From positions 44,394,001-44,458,000 of the forward strand of contig NC_058368.1 in NCBI RefSeq assembly GCF_018350175.1: DNA of 64,000 nucleotides. The letters are read 5' to 3'. A program made the position numbers and the translations under genes. This stretch comes from Felis catus. Lineage: Eukaryota. Position 1 is the stretch's first letter. The number at the start of each line of letters is the position of its first letter. Positions 54,778 through 64,000 of the stretch are shown one piece after another. The notes under the pieces are model-generated. The model was not told the origin of the DNA, ran no database searches, and worked only from the letters and a program-made list of their open reading frames with translations.

Positions 54778-55535
54778 TTTTTTTTAGGTCTATTTTTAGT
54801 TAATTTTGGGGATAAATTGGAGTTAATTTTGTATCTTCTGTGCGGAACAGCCAGGTGGATATCCAGTGGTCCCAGCAATATTTGAGGAAAAGAGTATTCC
54901 TACCCCAAGAAAGCGGTCTTGAAACTCTTGCCTGCTTTTGTAGTTTATGAGGCAGTAATAAAGAGTTCCCATCAAATATGGGACACTCTCCAATTACATG
55001 TTTATGCTGGCAAAGCAAATCTGTACGAACTTTTCCATCTTCAATCTCTGGCATGTAATCAATGTTGTACTTATACGTGAGGAGTTCAGGGCGAGAGGTC
55101 ACTCGGAAATGGTTGGTGAATAGCTTCACCACTCTACCTTGCATTCCTGTTGTGGAGTCTTTCACGTGTTCCAAATACTGTTGGGTATTCACCACCTGGA
55201 CTTGAAAAATGGCTCCAAGACCCCTTTTCCCCTTCAGCGACAGTGCCTGCAATACAGCCCCCAGCTGAAGTTCCTCTTCGTTCCTGCCTCCTGAAGCATT
55301 AGTCTGATCTGTGGGGTGTTAGTTGCCTTCTTTCATGCCCTGTAGCCTAGGGTTCCTCTTCCAGCCCCGCAGCGCCTGAGCGCTGACATCCACGGGGTCA
55401 GAGGGGCAAAGCTCCTCTCTGAAAGGGTCAGCCTTTCCCGGGACTGGCCCTGTACCTGTACCTCGCCGCAATCACCGAGGGGCAGTAGGACTAGCCTGGC
55501 CTCCTTGCGGGATGCTCCCACAGTCAGCAAGTCCC
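54778..55535 (-). pseudogene. PIWIL3: Partial processed copy of a PIWI-clade Argonaute (PIWIL3-like), N-terminal region only
   Basis: ORF 54800-55252 contains [57 protein letters not shown], matching the PIWI N-domain. YKYNxDY.P.IEDG and IFDGNSLLL favour PIWIL3 over PIWIL1. No intron inside the homologous part. In-frame TAA at 55321-55319 and an apparent frameshift near 55350 upstream. No MxGRAR start, no PAZ/MID/PIWI. Outer boundaries approximate. Confidence 0.88.
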
Positions 55536-55974
55536 AAAGTCATGAACTTGTAGTTATTTTCACAGAAGGATAAATATTATAAAGAATATATTTGTAATTA
55601 AGCACATAAACCATACTCTGTCATTTAAAAATAATAAAATAATATCAGGTATAATTAGAAGTTATTTATAAAGTAAGTTTTTGAAATGCAACCTCAGGCA
55701 GTACACTTTATCTGAACTGTTAAGCTAAAAATGATGCATAATTAAAATAGTCACCTTTTCTAAATATTCTTTTTTAAAGTAGTTAATTCAGTTTCTTTCA
55801 CTGTTAAAAACATTCAAACTAACACTGGATTTAATAACACGTCTTAATTTATCAGACAGCATTTATATTGCACATGATTTCTCAGTAATTAAAATATTTA
55901 ATTAACCACATGGGAACAAATATATTTTTACTTATGGTAAAGAATGAGATTTTAGTTTTCTTTTTAAAAAGAAT

Positions 55975-56080
55975 TTTTTTAAGTTTTTTTTAAGTAATCT
56001 CTACACCTCACATGGGGCTCAAACTTGACCCTAAGATCAAGGGTTGCATCATCTTCTGACTTAGCCATCCAGGTGTTCCT
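55975..56080 (-). mobile_element. Short old Can-SINE
   Basis: taagtaatctctacacc..ggggctcaaact..ccaggtgttcc. Confidence 0.85.
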
Positions 56081-57666
56081 TAAAAATTTTTTTTAGCATT
56101 ATGATGTTTGAAAGTAGAAATCTGCTTGCTCATTTTGCAGACACATAAACACACACACACACACACACTCATAAAATGAATAATCACAATTTTTATTGAT
56201 TATATGTCTGCTCATGGACTACGGATATTCATATTCACAAGCATTTTATTATTCTATTAAGTATTTATTTTGACATTAACTGTTCATGTATTTACTTTTC
56301 TCTGTGTAAGTGGTATATTTAAGTAAGCATCTTAGTTCTGGTAAAAACAAAACAAAACACAGACAAAAAAGCCACAAATGCACCATACAAGATTGATTAG
56401 CAATAGTGTTCTCTCATGAACCCTGGACAGACTAACAAAAAGAGTGTATAAAAAGAGTATTCAAGTGTTTCAAAAAGAGAGCTGAGAGATGAAACCTCAG
56501 GATTACTTTGATTAATAAAGTGAGATGCCTCAAAGTCATGATTATAATAGTAAACCACATGGGAGGACTACCCTGTGATAAAGACTTAGTATATATAGCA
56601 AAGAACATAGACAACTGGAGAGAACTTGGAAGTGAAGAAGGATAACAGAGCAGGAGGAAGTGACATCCCTCTGCTATTTCTTTGCCTGTAGCTCAATTTA
56701 AGCCATGCATAAGTTATTTCTTATGATTACTAAATAAGTCCCAACCTGGAACTCAACAACATCTGAAGTTACTTAAATTGTTGTATAAGATAATAATTCT
56801 AGCTTGTTTAACCTTGAAACTTCATTCATTATTACCATATCAACCATGGCAAAGAAATTTCTAATAATATTACAAGTGATAATACAGAAAGGAGTTCACT
56901 ATCTTCAATATTAATTTGACTATTTCTTGTGGAAACTGAATTAAGGTAATCTTTACACATGAGTTTCTTATAATTACCTTTTGTATTTTGACAGCTATTG
57001 CAAATTGGTTATACTATTCTCATTAAATAGAGTTACTCAAACTATTTTAAAAAAACTGTTAACAATCTATTAAGTGATTTTAGTTGGAAATTATTCAATT
57101 AAAATAGATATTATTATATCTTACCTAAAATAAAGTTAATGCATGTATAAACAGTGTTTGACTTGTGATCATGCCTCTTCACTCTTGTTCAAAAGAGCTG
57201 CTTTCCTATTTTTCACTATCTTCATTCACTCACAATGTTCTTCATTATTCTTTCATTGATTGTGTAACAAATATTTTTAAAAAATACATATAAGGGGAGA
57301 GATCTGATAAATTCTTATCCACACCTTCTTAGGAAGTTAGTCCAAAGGAACCCATTAATCTAGATTACTCAACCGAACTACAGAGTGGCCCAGAAGTGAA
57401 AGAGAATGAACTTGAAAGAATGTGTGGCAAACATAAATTCCAAATAAGAGTTCAATAGACAAAGTGGAGTAAGGCATGTTCTCTAAATTGCCAGTTTGAC
57501 TTCCAAATTCTCAGAGTTGGATTTACTCTTTAGTTGGTAAAACTTAAGATCCAGCCTCCTCATTTATAAGGGTACATTTTAAGACCCCTAAAAGAGGCCT
57601 TAGAAATGTCTCACATGTTCAGATATTTTTGTCATATATAAAATTCTAAAATAATTGTGTATTCTT

Positions 57667-57900
57667 TTATTTTTTTATTTTTTTTTAATTTTTTTTTCAG
57701 CGTTTATTTATTTTTGGGACAGAGAGAGACAGAGCATGAACGGGGGAGGGGCAGAGAGAGAGGGAGACACAGAATCGGAAACAGGCTCCAGGCTCTGAAC
57801 CATCAGCCCAGAGCCTGACGCGGGGCTCGAACTCACAGACCGTGAGATCGTGACCTGGCTGAAGTCAGACGCTTAACCGACTGCGCCACCCAGGCGCCCC
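57667..57900 (-). mobile_element. Young felid Can-SINE
   Basis: Many intact CpGs; perfect 17-nt TSD aataattgtgtattctt at 57650 and 57901. Confidence 0.98.
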
Positions 57901-58452
57901 AATAATTGTGTATTCTTAAACAAATAGGACTATAAGCTTCAGAGCACATTAAAGCTAGATTTACCAGGAAGTAAATCTGCATACCCTTTTGGTTGTTTTT
58001 ATCTTTGTGAACAACACTGCATTGTTCCAAACTTAGTATATATGTTGTGAAAGCAAGAACAACAGCATTGTATCAAAGGTAACAGAAAAGAGTTGTCCAA
58101 CATTCATTTTGGAAATTCATTGAATTGTGGGCAAATGTTCACAGTGGGAAATAGGAAGAGATAAGAGTCTGGGATAGGATGAACTAGCTCAGATATTCAA
58201 ATCACAGCATCCTTCTGAGAACTGTGGACAGTGGTGGTAACAAGAGACTATAAAGACTGTGCCTTGGCCAGCCCCCATATCCCACATGAACTGAAGTCAT
58301 AAGAGGTCAATAAAGCATAAGAACAATTATAAGGCATAATAGCCTGTGGTTCTGAGAAGAAAACCCAGGACTAAATTTTTCTAATTGGGAGAAAAGCTAA
58401 AGATAGGTAGGCCCTTTGGCTTATCTGAACTTCCCAGGGTAAGCGTTCACTA

Positions 58453-59084
58453 TGTAGTAACATAAAAGTGACCAAAATAGCAACCTTCATATTCCTCTCA
58501 GTTTAACTTTATTTATTTATTTTTTGTCCTCTCAGTTTAACTTTAGACAACAAGCTTCTTCTTGATTCTGTGCTCCCGGCATTCCTTTCCTCAGAGCACT
58601 TACTTAAACAAAAAAACCTTGTAATTACAAATTCCTTCCTCTATCCCTTTGACATGTATGTAAACCCTTTAAAAATCATCTTGCCAATTTTACAATCCAG
58701 TAAAATCTTTCTCAAGCATCTGGAACCATGTCTTTGGAATGAAATACATCAAAAAAGATAGCACCCCTATCTCCAGTCTCTGTGGAAGGGTAGGAGCCTA
58801 ATATTGATAAGGCCAATTAGCAAACACAGGTGGTCTAATCATAAAAAAAAAATTGGCTAACTCAAAAAAATAACTCAAATGTTTCAAAACATCTCATTGA
58901 GCAAATTCCCCACTAACATTCTTATATAGTTTCTACTAACTCACTCCAGCATTTAACTCTCCCACTCTTTGTTTCAAAATAATTGAGTTCTGATTGAGCT
59001 CTGGTCTCTGTCTCCTATGCAATAGACTTGAATAAAGTTTTTCTTGCCTTTTTAAGATTGTCCAGTGCAATTTTTGCTTTGACA
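58453..59084 (+). mobile_element. Solo ERV1-type LTR (MER31/MER67-group-like)
   Basis: TG...CA ends; gatagcacccctatctccagtctctgtggaagggtaggagcctaa core; aataaa then attgtccagtgcaatttttgctttgaca. Confidence 0.8.
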
Positions 59085-59982
59085 AAAGAAAGTTGGGAAA
59101 AGATTCTTACCTTTTTGTGAAAAATGATCATGTGGCTAGTGTAGGGAAATGTTGTCCATTTTACAGGCTAAATATAAATGCTCAGAACACAGCTAGAAAA
59201 AGCCTCTAACAATGGTGCTAGAGAAGGCCTCTAACAATGGTGTCTCCAGGAACAGGATTTGAATGAAAATGCAGGGAGCACTGGAGAGCAGGAGAATTCT
59301 CTGTCACATGAGCCAAGAAATGGCAGTTGTTTCAACACCTCAGGAATCACACTGTCCTCTTATTCTTGGGCAAAAAAGTAATTTGGATCAAAACTACATT
59401 TTTAGCGTAGTAGTCCCTGGAGCTGAGCTATAAAGAAACAGACATAATTATCTTGTGTCCTGACTTCCCCTCGAGGCCAGTATGGCCTAGAGAATTATCT
59501 TTAACATGACAGAGAATGATAACATACTAATTGGTGCCTATAAACAGTAAAGATATTAATACTATTTGTATATTAAAAAAAATAATTTACTTCCAGAGCA
59601 AATCTTTGTGCCGTTTTCAGGTTTAAAAAATGCATGGCTTTGAATTAATGACTAAGTTCCAAATATTTTCAATATGCGATCTGGTGCTTTAATTTAAAAA
59701 TGGATATAGAATCAATATATGCTTATCCATATGGATTTGTTATTTTGTAAGGATTAAACTCATTATGGCAGTACTTTCAATTCAATAATTGGCAAAATTT
59801 TAATACGCGTTTAGAGAAAAGTGCCCAATTACAGACAATTTACAGTTATAGCCCTAACAATTGAGCTAGTCCAGGAAACTATTGATTAGTTTTTCTTAAT
59901 TTGCAGGATAACTTCTTGATCAATTCTCAATTAAACCAAATCTTTTCCATTTTCAAAAAAAAATAAAAAACAACCCTTAAAT

Positions 59983-59991
59983 GCGCGCGCG

Positions 59992-60024
<33 letters not shown>
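59983..60024. repeat. (GC)n(AC)n alternating purine-pyrimidine microsatellite
   Basis: tgcgcgcgcgcacgcacacac... Confidence 0.95.
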
Positions 60025-60026
<2 letters not shown>

Positions 60027-60109
60027 TACAAGGAAGATTTAAGTTACTGCATTGAGGAATATCTAAAAGCCTACTCTCAGAACACCTGAGAAATTGTACA
60101 ATTGACACA

Positions 60110-60232
60110 GTTATAAATCCTTGTTTACCTAGGATGACTCCAGTTTATGCCAGCTGTTCAACATAATTATTAACAGTGTCAAATTTGTCTTCCAAAGTAT
60201 TCTAATTTTGACAACAAATTATATGGTCACCT
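60110..60232. mobile_element. MER94-like hAT-Blackjack MITE
   Basis: ccagtttatgcc..cataattattaacagtg..ttgacaacaaattatatggtcacct. Confidence 0.65.
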
Positions 60233-61559
60233 CAAACATAGCAAGCAGTTTGTGTTCCATATGTGCATGCACTCTCAATATGAAAGTAGAAGTAAAGTGT
60301 CATTAACACAAACTGATAACAGCAAACATTAAATGTTGCAGAGGAAGTTGACCTTTCATAAAACCGTACTTATATAATCATCTAAATTTTCATTTAAGGC
60401 ACAGCAAGCCTTCTTTTGTTATTTTAACCTAAGATTTTGACAGAAGTCTGCTTTTGAGCAGCTTATCCAATTTTCAAAACACTGTGGCTAATCTTCATTT
60501 GAAGGGTCTGCTTTCATTCCTCTCAAGATTCATATTAATCTCTTCTATACACAGATGTCCTTCATTCCCCTCCAAATCAGCCTCCAAAATGGAAAGAAAC
60601 ATTTTGAAAAACTCTTCCATAGAAACTACCATAGTTGCTTTTTCTTGTGTGTTGTATTCCTAAAAGCTTCCAATGACATGTCCAGTGAGCCACACTGGGC
60701 CACAGAGAGAGCCAGCATGTGCGTCTGCACATATTGTCAATTTCTTCATCAATGTTAGCACACTTAACCCTCCCTACATTATAGACGATGCAGAATACAG
60801 ATAACAGTGTTCCAGGGTTTTAAAAAGTTTAGAAAAATTTTTAAAAATTATTAAAGCAAATAAAGGGTCTATTATTTTAAAAAGAATTTTACTTTAATAC
60901 TAAAAGAGATAGAAGAAAGTAATGCTACCATTTATGAAGTTTTATCCATGTTTTAAAAGACAGCATTTCTTAATACAGGAGAAAGAATTTAAGATTAGGA
61001 ATCTGTGAATATATTGACAATTAGACAATTTACAGATTTCACAAATATGTTTTTATATCTTTCCTAAACAAGTCTTGAGAGCTCTACTTAGTGTTAAAGA
61101 AATGGTGACAATACATGAGCCATAAATATGCACTTGGGCTTAAATAATCAGAAGTATTTTAAATAATCCCTTATTTCTGTGAAACTCTTGAAAAATATGC
61201 CAAAATATAGGTAATGAAAAAGATGAGAAAAATCATATAAAATCACAGAAGTGAGAATAAATATATCAATTGTTATGAGTTAATTTCTTAAACCTCCCTA
61301 TACAGTTATTTCAAGTATTTTCAAAACCAAAAATTATATTTAGAAAAAAAATTTTTAAATTGTGGTTTATTGTACAGTTTTGTTCCCTTGTTTCTTTTCT
61401 TTTCAACATTACAACTAGGAGACTTGTTATTATCCACATTGCTTTCTAGGAATCACCCTTCAATGATACATGGAATTTCCTCCTGTTATTGAATTTACCA
61501 CTTTTCTGTCAAAGGTCCCCAGGTGAGGTCTCAATTCCACTCTTATTTGAACACTGTAC

Positions 61560-62380
61560 TTATACTGAAATTCACACATTTATATCTCCAGGTCACATCT
61601 TTCCTCTGACTTTATGTGTATATAGATATAATCTTTCCACCTAATACCTGCATTTGGATATCACACAGATATTTCAAACTTGATATAATTAAAATGAGAC
61701 TTTTTATCTTTCTCACAAAATTTGCCCCTTTCCAAACTCTAGGCTTCCTCATCTCTCTAAGGAGGATTAGCATCCAATCTCCAGGTCAAACGCTAAATTT
61801 AGAAGAGCTATGATCTCCCCTCTCACTCATTTACTAGCCTCCAATCCATTATCACATCCTATCAATTCTTCCAAGTAAATCAGATCTGTTTCCACTTTAG
61901 TCCTAGCCATAGTCAACTGGAGCCTGACTTTGTGAGCCTACTAAATATTCTCCTCACAACCCTTTACTGGTGGTGTTTCACACTTTACCACATCCTTGAA
62001 TACATTGCATTTCCTCTCTCCTACTTTTCTTACCCTCCTTCTTACTTGTTAACTATGCTCAGCAGCACTGACATTTAGATTTACTTTCTCAAATATGCCA
62101 GAATCTTTCATATAACAGGACATTTGCAACCTGTAATGTTCTTCTTCTCTTCCTTCTGTTTATTTGGCAATCTCTCTTCATCATGTGTTTATGAGCTTGA
62201 ACATCACCTTTATAAAAAAGTCTTCTTTGATTATTCTATGAAAATCCAGGTCCTTTTCTCCATTCTAACTTAGCATTCAATTTATTTTCTGCTTGGATTT
62301 TTCTCCAAAAACACCCAAATCATTTTGTCTTTTTAAACATCTATCTCCTCCACAATTATAAGTTCCATGAAGTCAGAAAA
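61560..62380 (+). mobile_element. L2 fragment
   Basis: tttatatctccagg, catttggatatc..atttcaaact, tataagttccatgaag. Confidence 0.65.
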
Positions 62381-63595
62381 TGTGTATATATGATTCTTTT
62401 AAAACCATGCTATGCACCAAAACAAAACAAAACAAAAAAAACAATCACTGTGGAAAGATTATAAATTATTTTCATTTTTTGTTGTTGGTCTATAGTATTC
62501 TAAATTTTCTACACAAAATATACAATATGTTGAAAGATAATAATGGCACCTGTTTAAAGAAAGCTAGAAAACATGACTATAAATGCTATTACTATTAAAT
62601 TAATCATTCATATTACAATGAGTTGGTGATATTCTAACCATAAGAGTTTTCAGTGGGTATATTAAAATTATGCAGCTATAATAGTCTCCTTGGGGCACTT
62701 TGCTGGCCATTACACTATTTTGCACTAAAGAAAAAACAGTACAGCACTGAAAAAAAAATAGATGCTTTGAATGGACTAGGCACATGTATCATTGCATATG
62801 TGATTTCATACTTTACTTAAAATTTAAACTAAACCAACTCTTCCTTTAAGGTGATGATCTGAATTGCAGTGCACAATCATAAGTATCAGCAGAAACCGAT
62901 TTGAGCATTTTTACAAATATAAGTATACTATTTTAAACACTGGCATTTAATTTTATTTTTAATCTTATAAAGATTTGATTTTCCGAGCATTTAATCTATA
63001 AATAACCATAACTGATATTCTTACTCCTAACCACAGGAACCACCTGTCTAAGTACACGGATATTCAGCCACACAACCAGTTTCACATTATAGTCTGAAAG
63101 AGCATACACCATTATAATCATCTGACTATATACACTGAAAAGAAAATAAAATTCAATAGCATAAATGAACAAGAAGAAAAAAATCACATCTGTGAAATTA
63201 AAGATTGTCATTTTTGCGAAAAACACAAAAGAGAACATTCTTACTATATCAAACTGTTGTTACCAATTTTATCTGCAAATCATTCTTGAAAATGTTACAT
63301 ATGTTCTGCTATTAGGCAACACAATACATTTAGATTGGATATTCACTATCAAGGAGATTATATCTTTCCTGAATTTACTGAAATGAATAATTAAACAAAA
63401 AGTGTCTTTATTCTGTTCTCAGAATGTAAATTGGCAACTGCAGCAAATATGTAATATCAAAATACATATAAAACAAAGTAACAATTATCTAATATGTTTC
63501 GGCCATGGTGTTATAACAGGATTTAATGCCCTTAATTATTATAAACATTTTCTTTTTATAATTTTTTCAATAAAATTAGTGAAATATCAATATGA

Positions 63596-63788
63596 ATTTT
63601 TTAAGTTTATTTATTTGTTTTGAGAGAGAAAAAAAAAGGAGAGTGAGAACACGATGGGGGCGGGGCACAGAAAGAATCCCAAGCAGGCTCCGCACTGTCA
63701 GTGCAGAGCACGATTCAGGACTCCATCCCAGAACTGCGAGATTATGGCCTGAGCCAACACTTAATTGACTGAGCCACCCAGGGGACCC
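63596..63788 (-). mobile_element. Can-SINE
   Basis: T tail, gaatcccaagcaggctcc, gagccacccagg. Confidence 0.92.
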
Positions 63789-64000
63789 AAGATGTCTTCA
63801 AATGTTTTCTTGCAATACCTTATGAAATTGTTAGAGTTTCTTAATCATCATTGTTTTAAATATTAGGGGATTATATGTTATTCTGCCTCAGATTCTCTAT
63901 TTGAAAGCTATACTGGCAAGTTCAAATAGCCTGAGTGGCAAACAGGGGTACTGGTTAATATGTGCTTGTCTAACATTTTGGGGGGAAGGAGCTAACATAA

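Noticed and set aside
54800..55530. Functional full PIWI gene
   Set aside because: No MxGRAR start, upstream stop and frameshift, no PAZ/MID/PIWI exons seen in the window.
55333..55530. Separate 65-aa gene
   Set aside because: Best explained as the frameshifted upstream part of the PIWIL3-like copy (ALRRCGAGRGT resembles AARGGAGGGA).
54740..55600. Target-site duplication around the PIWIL3-like copy
   Set aside because: I could not find a convincing direct repeat at both ends or a canonical AATAAA before the A8 tract, so the retrocopy call rests on intron loss.

Overview
AT-rich, non-coding mammalian DNA from a carnivore, very probably a felid: it holds about 28 tRNA-derived Can-SINEs of the cat type, felid-type L1 3' ends and a carnivore Tigger2-like transposon. 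No intact protein-coding gene is visible. Almost all ORFs in the track are SINE, L1 or low-complexity artefacts. The one gene-derived sequence is a GC-rich, intron-less minus-strand fragment at about 54.8-55.5 kb encoding the N-terminal region of a PIWI-clade Argonaute, best matching PIWIL3. It looks like a retrocopy of an unusual transcript: spliced upstream exons, a 57-nt stop-containing extra segment, and read-through past a splice donor instead of the downstream exons. It lies about 1.4 kb from a decayed two-LTR ERV1-type provirus (about 49.6-53.4 kb), which itself interrupts an old L1. The rest is L1, L2, MIR, MaLR, MER44, MER5A and MER94 fragments, microsatellites and small local duplications. 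Family names are from recalled consensus sequences, not database searches, and the boundaries of old repeats are approximate.
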